A stretch of DNA of 64,000 nucleotides from Dehalococcoidia bacterium (GTDB taxonomy: Bacteria > Chloroflexota > Dehalococcoidia > GIF9 > AB-539-J10): positions 10,272 through 74,271 of the forward strand of contig JAGGYM010000053.1 in assembly GCA_021162545.1 (NCBI GenBank), given 5' to 3'. Both the position numbers and the translations under genes were made by a program. Below the pieces are notes generated by a model. The model made no database searches. It was not told the origin of the DNA and saw nothing but the letters and a program-made list of their open reading frames with translations. Positions 38,165 to 50,346 of this stretch are shown piece after piece (the stretch's first letter is position 1; each line of letters starts with the position of its first letter).

Positions 38165-40867
38165 ATGTCAATTACAATTCCCAGGGCATACGAGCCAGGT
38201 GGTATAGAAAAAAAATGGTATGATTTCTGGCTTGAGCGAGGATATTTCACCCCCAGGATAGACCACGGGAAAAAACCCTTCGTCGTTATCATGCCTCCAG
38301 CAAATGTAACGGGAAAGCTTCACCTGGGGCATGCGCTTACAGACACCCTGGAGGACATCATGGTGCGCTGGCATCGCATGAAGGGTGCTCCTACCCTGTG
38401 GTTACCGGGAACTGACCACGCCGGAATTGCCACGCAGGTAGTCACAGAACGAAAGCTGGCCAGACAAGGACTGAGTAAAAATGACCTGGGTATCGAAGAA
38501 TTTCTCAAAGCCGCATGGGAAGGAGCGAATGAAAGCAGGGAAGCAATTAACCGGCAACATCAGATGCTGGGAGTTTCCTGTGATTGGAGCAGAGAAAGAT
38601 TCACTCTGGACGAAGGTCCCTGCAGGGCTGTCAATACCGCTTTCGTCCGTCTCTATAACAAAAGCTTAATTTATCGAGGAGAGCGAATGATAAACTGGTG
38701 CCCGCGCTGTCAAACTGCTCTTTCCGATCTCGAAGTAGAGCACAAGGACATCGCAGGACATCTTTATTATATCCGTTATGCACTGGAAGAAGGAGACGGA
38801 TTTATTACCGTAGCCACCACCAGGCCAGAAACTTTCTTTGGCGACACTGCAGTAGCAGTCAATCCCGAAGATGTACGTTATAAAAGTTCCATCGGAAAGA
38901 ATGTCGTTCTGCCCTTCATAAATAGAAAAATCCCCGTAATAGCGGATGATGCGGTTGATTTTTCCTTTGGCACCGGGGCATTGAAGATAACGCCTGCTCA
39001 CGACCCCACGGACTTTGAGGTTGCCGAACGGCATAAATTACCTTCGATAAACGTTATAGAACCCGATGCCACGATGAACGACAATGCTGGTTCATACAGG
39101 GGAATGGAGAGATTTGCCTGCCGCGAGCAGGTAATAGTTGCTCTGAAGAGCGAAGGACTCCTGGAGAAAATTGAACCTTACTTGCACTCAGTGGGACACT
39201 GCAATCGCTGTCAGACCATGGTTGAACCCAGAGTTAGCTGGCAATGGTTCGTCAGGACAAAACCGCTGGCAGAAAAGGCTATCAGCGTTGTTGAAGATGG
39301 CAGCATTACCATCATTCCCGAGCGCTTCACTAAGGTATATTTCAGGTGGATGGAGAACATTAAAGACTGGTGCATCAGCCGGCAGCTATGGTGGGGACAT
39401 CGCATACCCGTGTGGTCCTGCCAGGACTGCGGTAAATTGACAGCGGCCGTGGATGAACCTTCCTGCTGCATTCACTGCGGATCAAAGCAACTTGTCAGGG
39501 ACCCTGATGTTCTCGATACATGGTTCAGTTCGGCGTTGTGGACGCATTCGACGCTGGGCTGGCCCGGTGACACTGAAGACCTCCGCTACTTTTATCCTAC
39601 CTCGGTGATGGAGACCGGTTATGATATCCTCTTCTTCTGGGTTGCCAGGATGATAATGATGGGGCTGGAGGATACGGGGGAAGTTCCCTTCCGTTCTGTT
39701 TATCTCCACGGGCTGCTCAGAGATGAAAATGGGGAAAAAATGAGCAAGCTGCGGGGAAATGTTCTCGATCCGTCCGAAATGATAGAGGAGTACGGAGTGG
39801 ATGCACTTCGTTTTGCCCTGACTACGGGAAGTTTTCCTGGCAACGACATTAACCTGGGCAAGGGGAAACTGAAATCCAGCCGAAACTTCGTCAATAAACT
39901 GTGGAACACAACCCGGTTTATTCTCCAGAACCTTGACAGGAAAAGGCACGATGACAAAGCCCCGCTACAGGAGGAGATAACAGCAAAATCCTCCCTGTAC
40001 CAGGGGCAGGAAGCAACAATAGAAGACCGCTGGATTATGAGCCAGCTAAACCGGCTCGTCCTGAACGTGGACGCTCTGATGGCGGAGTTCCAGTTTGGTG
40101 AAGCCGCACAGCAAATTTACGACTTCGTCTGGTCCAAATTCTGTGACTGGTATATTGAGATTGCCAAGATACGCTTCCGGAGCAGCCAACCTCAACCTTC
40201 GCCCCTGCCCGTATTAACCAGTACTCTGGACACCTCCCTGCGCCTTCTGCATCCCTTCATGCCCTTTGTTACCGAAGAATTATGGCAAAATCTGAGAATG
40301 GGTTCCGACGATAAAGCGCAAACGGTAGATTCTATCATGATAGCTCCTTATCCTGTTGCCAGCACATCAGCCATCGACCCTGAGGCGGAACGAGCAATGG
40401 CATGTGTGATGGATATCGTTCGTTCCATTCGCAACGCTCGAGCTGAACGTAAAGTCAACGCTGAAAAGTGGATTGCGGCTGAAATCTACGCCACCGACCT
40501 TTTGCCATATCTCGATTCACAAAAAGAGATGCTGGAAAAGCTGGCTCGAGTTAATCCTTTATCTATACTGAGCAGGCATGAAAGGAAAACCGAAAAAGAG
40601 GAAGCTCTTGTGCTGGTATTACGGGAAGTGGAGGTGCTCCTGCCCCTGTCGGGGATGATAGATTTAACGGTTGAAAAGGAGAGACTGGAAAAAGAGAGCA
40701 GTGCAATCGAATCTATCGTGCAAAAGCTGGAACAGAGGTTGCAAGATGCAAACTTCCTGTCTAAAGCACCGCCTCTCGTTCGTGAGAAAGAAAAACAGAA
40801 GCTGGATGCACTTGAAGACAAGTTGGAAAGGTTACGTCAAGAGCTACTGCAACTCCCGTCAGAGTAG
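38165..40867 (+). CDS. valS: valine--tRNA ligase
   Basis: The HIGH motif is PPANVTGKLHLGHA and KMSKS is KMSKLRGN. It has a C-terminal coiled coil and is about 900 aa. The track ORF starts 4 codons earlier. Confidence 0.93.
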   Translation: MSITIPRAYEPGGIEKKWYDFWLERGYFTPRIDHGKKPFVVIMPPANVTGKLHLGHALTDTLEDIMVRWHRMKGAPTLWLPGTDHAGIATQVVTERKLARQGLSKNDLGIEEFLKAAWEGANESREAINRQHQMLGVSCDWSRERFTLDEGPCRAVNTAFVRLYNKSLIYRGERMINWCPRCQTALSDLEVEHKDIAGHLYYIRYALEEGDGFITVATTRPETFFGDTAVAVNPEDVRYKSSIGKNVVLPFINRKIPVIADDAVDFSFGTGALKITPAHDPTDFEVAERHKLPSINVIEPDATMNDNAGSYRGMERFACREQVIVALKSEGLLEKIEPYLHSVGHCNRCQTMVEPRVSWQWFVRTKPLAEKAISVVEDGSITIIPERFTKVYFRWMENIKDWCISRQLWWGHRIPVWSCQDCGKLTAAVDEPSCCIHCGSKQLVRDPDVLDTWFSSALWTHSTLGWPGDTEDLRYFYPTSVMETGYDILFFWVARMIMMGLEDTGEVPFRSVYLHGLLRDENGEKMSKLRGNVLDPSEMIEEYGVDALRFALTTGSFPGNDINLGKGKLKSSRNFVNKLWNTTRFILQNLDRKRHDDKAPLQEEITAKSSLYQGQEATIEDRWIMSQLNRLVLNVDALMAEFQFGEAAQQIYDFVWSKFCDWYIEIAKIRFRSSQPQPSPLPVLTSTLDTSLRLLHPFMPFVTEELWQNLRMGSDDKAQTVDSIMIAPYPVASTSAIDPEAERAMACVMDIVRSIRNARAERKVNAEKWIAAEIYATDLLPYLDSQKEMLEKLARVNPLSILSRHERKTEKEEALVLVLREVEVLLPLSGMIDLTVEKERLEKESSAIESIVQKLEQRLQDANFLSKAPPLVREKEKQKLDALEDKLERLRQELLQLPSE

Positions 40868-41536
40868 TGGGGTTAATCCTCTCAGTCTTAGATCATGATG
40901 CATTTTTATAAGGGCCTTCTTGGTGTCACTAGCAACGCGAGATTTATCGCATTTGCTTACACGATACTTAAATAGCCAGTAGGTAAATTCGCTCAGTTCG
41001 CTCATGCCAGTGGAACGAGAACTGGGGTAATGCCTCTCTTTTCTGAATTTCTCCAGCAGCGCTGCCTGCGTGGAGCCATAAATATGCCGGTAGGCGTTAT
41101 CGCTTACCCCTGTGTCGTCGCTCAATCCTGAAGCTCTTCTCTCTTTGCGCATTTCCTCAGTGACGGCTAGAACTAAGAACTGCTCCACCAGCACGCCATA
41201 GAGATAGTTAAGATAAGCTTTGTACTTGGAACTGCCAATCAGATCCCGGAACTTCTCCCTGTTCAACTCGACCGGAGGCCGGTCAAAGAAGAGAAGCGCG
41301 ATGCGCTCGCTTTCAGGAATAAGTTCATCAACCTCTTCACACAATCGCTCTGCCAGGACCAGCCAGTCAAGGGCTTCGTGATCGATGAGATAGAGATAAT
41401 GCCGCCCGTTATAGTCTTCTTCGGAGCTTTCCCACAACCCGATAGCTTCCAGCAAAGCTATATACCAGTGCTTGCCCCCCGCAATAGCCCTTTTCAGGTG
41501 CTGGATTGCATGGACATCCCCTGCATGAGTAGTCAT
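40859..41536 (-). CDS. hypothetical protein
   Basis: 225 aa ORF immediately downstream of secA on the same strand. Its 3' end overlaps valS convergently by 9 nt. I recognise no family. Confidence 0.4.
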   Translation of the reverse strand: MTTHAGDVHAIQHLKRAIAGGKHWYIALLEAIGLWESSEEDYNGRHYLYLIDHEALDWLVLAERLCEEVDELIPESERIALLFFDRPPVELNREKFRDLIGSSKYKAYLNYLYGVLVEQFLVLAVTEEMRKERRASGLSDDTGVSDNAYRHIYGSTQAALLEKFRKERHYPSSRSTGMSELSEFTYWLFKYRVSKCDKSRVASDTKKALIKMHHDLRLRGLTPLL

Positions 41537-41616
41537 AGTATTCGCCTCTTGAATTTATCACGGGAGACTGTTTACATACCACGGACGTTTGTTTTCTCTA
41601 CGTTCACAGGAATTCC

Positions 41617-44214
41617 CTACAAGTTTCTTCCACAACAGTGTTTGTATTTCTTGCCCGATCCACAGGGGCAGGGTTCATTGCGCCCCACTTTCCTGCCAGC
41701 CACTACGGCTTGCTTCTTTTGACGGGCAGGCGTCCTGGTAACATTAACGTGATAGATGTTGTGAACGATATCATATTGAATGCTGGCCAAAAGCGCCTCA
41801 AACAGGGCATGCCCCTCTTTCTTGAAAACCACCAGCGGGTTCTGCTGGGCAGCAGCACGCAAGCCTATTCCCTGGCGCATGTCCTCCATAGCGGTGAGGT
41901 GTTCCATCCACAATTTATCCATAACGCGAAGCATTACAAGCCGCTCCGCGATGCGCATACTGTCAGCACCCATATCCCTCTCTCGCTGAGCATATTCTTC
42001 AAGGGCATACCCGATTAACTTTTCTCTGAGTTGCTCGCCGCTGAGTTTTGCCATCTCATCGCCTTTGAATTCAGGCGGCAGGGAAAATATTCTGGAGATG
42101 TCATCAGATAACCCTGATACATCCAGCTCATTTAAGGTGGAGTCAAAGTGAGTATTCACCAGATTGAGAATTTCATCCTGAACCATAGATGTTATATTTG
42201 CCTTGAGATCAATTCCGCCGAGGATTTTTTTCCTCTCAGTGTAAATCAACTTGCGGTGATTATTGGCTACATCATCGTATTCCACAAGGTGCTTGCGAAT
42301 ATCGAAATGATAACCTTCCGTCTGTGTTTGGGCATTCCTTATAGCTTTGGTGACCAGTGGATTCTCAATTGGAGTATCTTCATCTGTAGCCCATTGCATC
42401 AGCCCCTTGATGCGCTCACCGCCAAAGCGACGCACAATTTCATCCTCCAGGGAAGCATAAAAGCGAGAACTACCAGGATCGCCCTGTCTGCCCGCTCTTC
42501 CTCGAAGCTGGTTGTCAATGCGCCTGGCTTCATGGTGCTCAGTGCCAATAACATGAAGCCCTCCAAGCCCAACGACCCTGTTATGCTCCTCAAGCCACTT
42601 GCTCGAGTCCAGAGCATCAGGATTGCCGCCCAGTATGATGTCTACACCTCGCCCCGCCATGTGCGTTGCCACAGTCACCTTTCCCGGAGCACCTGCCTGG
42701 GCAATTATTTCTGCCTCCTTCTCATGATTCTTGGCGTTCAACACCTGGTGCACTATGCCTTTCCTGGTCAGTAAACCTGACAGTATCTCTGACTTTTCAA
42801 TGGAGGTCGTGCCTATAAGCACGGGCCTTCCCTGATCGTGCAACTGCACAATTTCCTTAACCACGGCCCTGAATTTAGTCTCTTCATCCCTATAAATCCG
42901 GTCGGTATGGTCTATGCGAACCAGTGGCTTGTTCGTGGGAATAACCACTACTTCCAGTTTGTAGATCTTGTGTAGTTCTTCAGCTTCAGTAGCCGCAGTG
43001 CCGGTCATGCCAGCCAGTTTCTGATAGAGCCGGAAGTAGTTTTGAAAAGTTATAGAAGCTACGGTAACGCTCTCGCGCTGTATTTTTACGCCCTCTCTAG
43101 CTTCAATAGCCTGGTGCAATCCTTCGGAATATCTGCGACCAAACATTAGCCTTCCAGTGAAATCGTCAACGATGACCACCTGCCCGTTCTTAACGACATA
43201 GTCGCGATCTCTCTTGAACAGAACGTGAGCTTTGAGAGCACTTTCCAGGTGCTGGGTGAGCAGGTAGTTAGAGGGATCATAGAGATTGGGTTCTTTGAGC
43301 AGGCCTTCTCTCTTCAGCAAATTCTCTACTTTGGTGATGCCTGTGTCACTGAGCGTGACAGTACGCGTTCTCTCCTCAATATTGTAGTCTTCATCTTTCA
43401 CCAGGTGAGAGGTAAGGCCGGCAAATATTCTGTATTTATCTGCTGCTTCTTCAGCAGGGCCGCTGATAATTAAGGGCGTCCGTGCCTCATCAATGAGAAT
43501 ATTATCGACCTCGTCTACTATGGCATAATCCAGCGGTCGCTGCACGCACTGAGATGAATCCAACACCAGGTTGTCTCTGAGATAATCGAACCCAAACTCG
43601 TTGTTGGTGCCATAGGTGATGTCCGCCTCATATGCCTGGCGGCGAGAGATGGGCCGAAGATGCTTCCATTTTGCACCTTCAGAATCATAATCTGTATCGT
43701 AAATGTAAGAAGGGGCAGGTTCATCCGGAGATTGCTGGGCATTGATGCAGGCAACACTTACACCCAGAGCGTTGTAAATGGCCCCCATCCAGTGACAATC
43801 GCGCTTGGCCAGATAGTCATTGACGGTAACCAGATGACAACCTTTACCCGTAAGAGCATTAAGGTAAAGGGGCAAAGTAGCCACCAGTGTTTTTCCTTCA
43901 CCTGTCGCCATCTCGGCTACTTTACCCTGGTGGAGAACGACCCCTCCCATTAGCTGAACATCAAAATGCCTCTGCTTTATAGTCCGCCTGGCAGCTTCTC
44001 TCACCGCGGCATAGGCTTCAGGCAGGAGCTCGTCCAGGAGACCCTCTTTATCCCCTCCAAGCCTTGCCTTGAATTCGCCGGTCTTATCGCGCAACTGCAC
44101 ATCGCTGAGCGCTTCAAAGTCAGCTTCCAGAGAGTTTATCTGGTCAACTACAGGTTGAAGGCGCTTCAGCTCTTTTTCGTTAGAATCAACCAGACCACTG
44201 AGCCACTTGAACAT
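41617..44214 (-). CDS. secA: preprotein translocase ATPase SecA
   Basis: 865 aa with DEAD-motor motifs (MATGEGKTLV, DEVDNILIDEA) and the C-terminal zinc finger CPCGSGKKYKHCCG. Confidence 0.95.
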   Translation of the reverse strand: MFKWLSGLVDSNEKELKRLQPVVDQINSLEADFEALSDVQLRDKTGEFKARLGGDKEGLLDELLPEAYAAVREAARRTIKQRHFDVQLMGGVVLHQGKVAEMATGEGKTLVATLPLYLNALTGKGCHLVTVNDYLAKRDCHWMGAIYNALGVSVACINAQQSPDEPAPSYIYDTDYDSEGAKWKHLRPISRRQAYEADITYGTNNEFGFDYLRDNLVLDSSQCVQRPLDYAIVDEVDNILIDEARTPLIISGPAEEAADKYRIFAGLTSHLVKDEDYNIEERTRTVTLSDTGITKVENLLKREGLLKEPNLYDPSNYLLTQHLESALKAHVLFKRDRDYVVKNGQVVIVDDFTGRLMFGRRYSEGLHQAIEAREGVKIQRESVTVASITFQNYFRLYQKLAGMTGTAATEAEELHKIYKLEVVVIPTNKPLVRIDHTDRIYRDEETKFRAVVKEIVQLHDQGRPVLIGTTSIEKSEILSGLLTRKGIVHQVLNAKNHEKEAEIIAQAGAPGKVTVATHMAGRGVDIILGGNPDALDSSKWLEEHNRVVGLGGLHVIGTEHHEARRIDNQLRGRAGRQGDPGSSRFYASLEDEIVRRFGGERIKGLMQWATDEDTPIENPLVTKAIRNAQTQTEGYHFDIRKHLVEYDDVANNHRKLIYTERKKILGGIDLKANITSMVQDEILNLVNTHFDSTLNELDVSGLSDDISRIFSLPPEFKGDEMAKLSGEQLREKLIGYALEEYAQRERDMGADSMRIAERLVMLRVMDKLWMEHLTAMEDMRQGIGLRAAAQQNPLVVFKKEGHALFEALLASIQYDIVHNIYHVNVTRTPARQKKQAVVAGRKVGRNEPCPCGSGKKYKHCCGRNL

Positions 44215-44244
44215 CCTTGCTTCTCTTCTCTTTTGCTGAAGTAC

Positions 44245-45177
44245 CTATTCGAACATAGCACCCACAGAGAGCCCTGTGTGAATGCGGTGGATAGCTTCCC
44301 CAATAAGTGAGGCCACGGACAAAACAGTAACTTTGTCCAGGTTTTCTTTAAGCGGAATGGTGTCGGTGACGACTATCTCTTTTATCGGACTCGACTTCAT
44401 TCGTTCAATAGCTGAACCTGAAAACACGGGATGGGTACAACAGGAATAAACCTCGGTGGCTCCATTTTCGACGAGCGCATTGGCCACGCCAACCAGAGAA
44501 CCTGCGGTGTCGATCTCATCATCGACGATTAAGGCACGCATTCCTTCTACCTCTCCGATGATATTCAGCGTTTCAATGGTATCGCTGTTTCCCAGCCGTC
44601 TCTTTTCAATTATGGACAGTGGCGAATCAAGTTTGGCGGCCACGTCGCGTGCCCGCTTGGAGATACCGATGTCCGTAGCAACTACCACCAGATTATCTAG
44701 GGCTTTTTCCCTGAAGTATTGTGTCAGAATAGACAGGGCGGTTAGTTCATCGACGGGTATATTAAAAAAACCCTGAATCTGAGCAGCGTGCAGGTCCACG
44801 GTCAGCAGTCGGTTGGCACCAGCAGTGGTAAGAAGATCAGCCACCAGGCGAGCGGTAATGGGCACTCTGGGCTGGTCTTTCTTGTCAGTACGGCCATAGC
44901 CATAATAGGGAATAACTGCAGTAATTCGCCCCGCTGAGGCCCTTTTAAAGGCATCAAGCATTATCAGCAGCTCGACCAGGCTCTTATTGACAGGAGAACA
45001 AATCGGTTGGATGACGAAGATATCTCGTTGACGGACATTCTCGGCAATGCGCACGAAAATGTTCTCGTTGCTGAATTCAAAAACTTCGGCCAGACCCAGG
45101 GGTATGCCGAGATAACCACAGACAGAGTTTGCCAGGCCGGGAGATGCATTGCCGCTAAATACTTTTAATCCGTCCAT
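44245..45177 (-). CDS. prs: ribose-phosphate pyrophosphokinase
   Basis: 310 aa with a PRPP-binding motif (ALIVDDEIDTAGS) and the N-terminal motif VFSGNASPGLA. Confidence 0.9.
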   Translation of the reverse strand: MDGLKVFSGNASPGLANSVCGYLGIPLGLAEVFEFSNENIFVRIAENVRQRDIFVIQPICSPVNKSLVELLIMLDAFKRASAGRITAVIPYYGYGRTDKKDQPRVPITARLVADLLTTAGANRLLTVDLHAAQIQGFFNIPVDELTALSILTQYFREKALDNLVVVATDIGISKRARDVAAKLDSPLSIIEKRRLGNSDTIETLNIIGEVEGMRALIVDDEIDTAGSLVGVANALVENGATEVYSCCTHPVFSGSAIERMKSSPIKEIVVTDTIPLKENLDKVTVLSVASLIGEAIHRIHTGLSVGAMFE

Positions 45178-45350
45178 CGTTTCCCCCTTCTTAACCTGAC
45201 TTTACCTGATTATACCACGAAACTAATTCTCTTCCTTAAAGGGAAAAGGGTGGTTTCAGGAAGACGGAGGTCAGGGGATTTCCCGACAGGGTATCCTCAT
45301 TGTGGAAAGCTGAACATGACTCCTGCAAGCCATTTAAGGAACAAGGTGCT

Positions 45351-46607
45351 TTATTTAAGGGCGGGTACAGGGAAATGTCGGCACATTTCTTTCACTTCAT
45401 GGCGGATTCGCTCTCTCAGCTTCTCATCCTGAGGATTGGAAAGCACCTGCGAAATGAAGCTGGCTATCTCTATTACTTCACCTGTGCCAAACCCCCTGGT
45501 CGTTATTGCAGGAGTACCCAATCGGATACCGCTGGCGATGCGTGGTGGCTTGGGGTCAAAGGGAATAGTATTCCTGTTAGCCAGAATGCCAGATGCTTCC
45601 AGAGCTTCCTCTGCTTCTCTACCGCTTATCCCCAGGGGCGAAATGTCAACGAGAACCATGTGATTATCGGTACCACCTGAGACAATGCGCATCCCGTATT
45701 TCTGTAGTTCCAGAGCTAACACCCGGGCATTTTTCAATACTGAACGCTGATACTCGACGAACTCTGGCTGCATGGCATTGAAAAAACACACGGCTTTAGC
45801 GGCAATGACGTGCATTGCAGGCCCCCCCTGCATCCGGGGGAAAACTGCTGCATCTATAGCTGGAGCCAGCTCTTTCTTGCACAGAATAAAACCGCCCCGA
45901 GGTCCGCGCAACGTTTTTTGGGTGGTAGAAGTAACTACGTCGACATGCGGAACGGGAGAGGGATGGAGCCCCGCAGCCACCAATCCCGAAATGTGAGCAA
46001 TATCAGCCACCAGACCGGCATCCACTTTATCTGCGATGTCACGAAAGCGTTTGAAGTCGATGGTGCGGGGATAGGCACTGGCCCCTGCTACTATGAGCTT
46101 GGGCCTGTTTCGCAAAGCCAGTTCTTCGATTTCGTCGTAATCAAGCATCTCAGTCCTGGCATTAACTCCGTAGGGGATGAAGTTATACCATTTACCGGAG
46201 AAGTTAACCTTGGAACCGTGGGTGAGGTGTCCTCCGTGGCTGAGACTTAAGCCCATAACTGCATCGCCGAATCCCAGCAGAGCTGAATAAGTTGCCATAT
46301 TGGCCTGGCTCCCGCTATGAGGTTGAACATTGGCATGCTCTGCCTTAAAGAGCTCTTTAGCTCGCTCTATGGCCAGAGTTTCTACTGTATCTATATTGGC
46401 GCAGCCCCCATAATAACGGCGCCCCGGATATCCTTCAGCATATTTGTCGGTCATCAGGCAGCTTTGAGCTTCAATGATAGAGGGATGCACATGATTTTCC
46501 GAAGCTATGAGAGTTATGGTATTCTCCTGCCGCTCAGCTTCCTGTTCAAGGATACGAGCTACCTCGCTATCGTGCCTCTCCAGCAGGGAATCTTTATATA
46601 GTGTCAC
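45351..46607 (-). CDS. glyA: serine hydroxymethyltransferase
   Basis: 418 aa with [16 protein letters not shown] and the PLP-lysine region [16 protein letters not shown]. Confidence 0.93.
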   Translation of the reverse strand: MTLYKDSLLERHDSEVARILEQEAERQENTITLIASENHVHPSIIEAQSCLMTDKYAEGYPGRRYYGGCANIDTVETLAIERAKELFKAEHANVQPHSGSQANMATYSALLGFGDAVMGLSLSHGGHLTHGSKVNFSGKWYNFIPYGVNARTEMLDYDEIEELALRNRPKLIVAGASAYPRTIDFKRFRDIADKVDAGLVADIAHISGLVAAGLHPSPVPHVDVVTSTTQKTLRGPRGGFILCKKELAPAIDAAVFPRMQGGPAMHVIAAKAVCFFNAMQPEFVEYQRSVLKNARVLALELQKYGMRIVSGGTDNHMVLVDISPLGISGREAEEALEASGILANRNTIPFDPKPPRIASGIRLGTPAITTRGFGTGEVIEIASFISQVLSNPQDEKLRERIRHEVKEMCRHFPVPALK

Positions 46608-46674
46608 GTCGGCGATATAATACTACCTATTGCCCTGACAGTCAAAGAAGCTTTCCGCGGTTAATTCCACAAAT

Positions 46675-46703
46675 TTGACAAAAGGAGGAAATCGACCTAC
46701 AAT
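46675..46703 (+). promoter_or_regulatory. sigma70-type consensus promoter upstream of the 16S rRNA gene (TTGACA-N17-TACAAT)
   Basis: TTGACA at 46675-46680, a 17-nt spacer, then TACAAT at 46698-46703. This is about 55 nt upstream of the mature 16S 5' end. Confidence 0.6.
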
Positions 46704-46759
46704 AGATTCTGTTCTTTCTGTAGAACCTTAACAATTGAATAGTGGAAGGAAGGTTTTTA

Positions 46760-48276
<1,517 letters not shown>

Positions 48277-48317
48277 AGGGAGTCAAAAAGCATATAGCTT
48301 TATGATCCTTAGGTCGA

Positions 48318-48358
48318 TCGATAAGCTAAAAGCTTATCGCCAAGTGTGTTTTTTCTTC
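48318..48358 (+). terminator. putative intrinsic terminator after the 16S rRNA gene (hairpin CGATAAGC-TAAA-AGCTTATCG followed by a T-rich tract)
   Basis: A perfect 8-bp stem at 48318-48339. The T6 run at 48348-48355 sits about 8 nt from the stem, so this is not a textbook terminator. Confidence 0.35.
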
Positions 48359-48566
48359 CTTCCACTATTCAGTTGTTAAAGACATTGGTTTGTGCGTTGA
48401 AGACTATTGCGAAATTTGTACAGCCCTTCTTGTAATTCATAGAATCTAAACACAGCCATAGCATTATTTTGACGGTCTTTTCGGCTATAAGGTATACTAC
48501 TTCCTTTCAGTGCCAAGAGGTATCTCTTGTGGCATAAAAATAAGGAAAGAAGAAGGAGATAGAATA

Positions 48567-49439
48567 ATGGAAATCATCGACGGCAGGAAAATAGCTGCTG
48601 AAATCCGCGAGGAGTTGAAACAGGAGATAAGCAAACTTAAGGAAAAGGGAGTAACCCCAGGGCTTGCAGCAATTCTAGTAGGGGAGAATGCTGCCTCTTT
48701 ATCTTACCTTCGGAGTATTGCCAGGGGATGTGAAAAGGTAGGCATGCTTATGGAGACGGTTAAGTTGCCTGAGGATATTACTCAAGAGCAGATTGAAAGT
48801 AAAATAGGTGAACTCAATCAAAACCCCAAATTCCATGGCATTATCCTCCAACTTCCTTTGCCTAAACATCTTGACACGCTTAAAGTAGAAAGCGCTATCT
48901 TGCCTGATAAAGATATTGATGGAACTAATCCAGTAAATACAGGAAAATTACTCTTGGGAGAAGAGACTTTCTTCCCCTCAACTCCTTATGGAGTTAAAGA
49001 ACTGTTGTTCCGCAGTGGCTATAGCCCTGAAGGGAAACATGTAGTTATCTGCGGTCGCAGCAATATTGTGGGTAAACCTCTGATGGGTATGCTCGTGCAA
49101 AAACAAAAAGGAGCTAATGCTACTGTAACTATCTGCCATACTGGGACCAAAGACTTTGCCTCAATTACAAGGCAAGCTGATATTCTGGTTGCCGCTATGG
49201 GGAGAGCCAAAACAATTACAGCAAATATGGTGAAGGGAGGGGCCATAGTAATTGACGTGGGGGTGAATCAAATAGAAGACCCAGCCACAGGGAAATTCAA
49301 GTTAACAGGAGATGTTGATTTTGAAGCGGTGAAAGACAAGGTAGGAGCAATAACACCCGTACCAGGAGGAACTGGCCCTGTGACTTCAGCAATGTTAATG
49401 ACTAATACTGTTAAATCTGCCAAGAGGTATAATAAATAA
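48567..49439 (+). CDS. folD: bifunctional methylenetetrahydrofolate dehydrogenase/methenyl-THF cyclohydrolase
   Basis: MEIIDGRKIAAEIREEL…PGLAAILVG…, the motif GIILQLPLPKHL and a Rossmann domain (VVICGRSNIVGKP). The track ORF starts 19 codons upstream, but the RBS supports 48567. Confidence 0.9.
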   Translation: MEIIDGRKIAAEIREELKQEISKLKEKGVTPGLAAILVGENAASLSYLRSIARGCEKVGMLMETVKLPEDITQEQIESKIGELNQNPKFHGIILQLPLPKHLDTLKVESAILPDKDIDGTNPVNTGKLLLGEETFFPSTPYGVKELLFRSGYSPEGKHVVICGRSNIVGKPLMGMLVQKQKGANATVTICHTGTKDFASITRQADILVAAMGRAKTITANMVKGGAIVIDVGVNQIEDPATGKFKLTGDVDFEAVKDKVGAITPVPGGTGPVTSAMLMTNTVKSAKRYNK

Positions 49440-50324
49440 ATGACCAAGATACTTGATGGGAAGAAGTTGTCAACTGAAATAAGAGATGAAATTAAACAGG
49501 ACATACTAAAACTCAAGGAAAAAGGAATAGTCCCTGGGCTTGCAGGTATCCTTGTCGGCCAAAATGAAGGTTCAGCTACTTATGTTCGACTTAAAGAAAA
49601 AGCGGCTGAAGCGTTAGGTATACTCACACAGGCAGTGAGATTATCCGAAGATGCATCAGAGGAGCAGTTACTCAAGCAGATTGATAAACTTAACCTGGAT
49701 AGTAAAATTCATGGTATCTTCATTCAACTTCCTCTTCCTAAACATATAAATGAAAATAGAGCTCTGAATGCCATCTTGCCCGAGAAGGATGTAGATGGAT
49801 TTCACCCTATGAATGTAGGCAAAGCCTGGTTGGGACAAGAAGCATTTCTTCCTGCAACACCAGATGGAATTCGTGAGATACTTACCCGATATGGCTACAG
49901 CAACTTGAAGGATAAACATGCAGTGATGGTAAGCGCGGATAATTTAGTAGGAAAACCCATGGCATCCATCCTCATTCAAGAAAATGTGGGAGTAAATGTG
50001 ACTCTTTGTCACCCTGCTACTCCAAACTTGTCCGATTATACCCGCCAAGCAGATATATTAGTTGTTTCAGTGAATAAGGCGAGGTTTATTACTGCAGATA
50101 TGGTTAAAGAAGGCGTGATAGCGATAGATTTTGGTGCTAACTACATAGAAAATCCTGCCGATAAGACGAAGAGGAAGTTAGTAGGCGATATAGACTTTGA
50201 AAAGGTCAAAGAAAAAGCCGAGGCAATTACACCCGTTCCTGGTGGAGTAGGCCCTATGACGATTACTATGCTCCTGTGCAGCACTGTCAAAGCAGCAAAG
50301 ATAATGTCACGTAGCCGATTATGA
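49440..50324 (+). CDS. folD: second FolD paralog (methylene-THF dehydrogenase/cyclohydrolase family)
   Basis: 294 aa. MTKILDGKKLSTEIRDEI…PGLAGILVG…IFIQLPLPKHI. About 50% identical to the upstream copy. It starts 1 nt after the upstream stop. Confidence 0.85.
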   Translation: MTKILDGKKLSTEIRDEIKQDILKLKEKGIVPGLAGILVGQNEGSATYVRLKEKAAEALGILTQAVRLSEDASEEQLLKQIDKLNLDSKIHGIFIQLPLPKHINENRALNAILPEKDVDGFHPMNVGKAWLGQEAFLPATPDGIREILTRYGYSNLKDKHAVMVSADNLVGKPMASILIQENVGVNVTLCHPATPNLSDYTRQADILVVSVNKARFITADMVKEGVIAIDFGANYIENPADKTKRKLVGDIDFEKVKEKAEAITPVPGGVGPMTITMLLCSTVKAAKIMSRSRL

Positions 50325-50346
50325 AAATAGAGGAGGTATCATAAAC

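Noticed and set aside
42148-44310. Plus-strand ORFs of 208, 97 and 114 aa within secA
   Set aside because: Antisense to secA.
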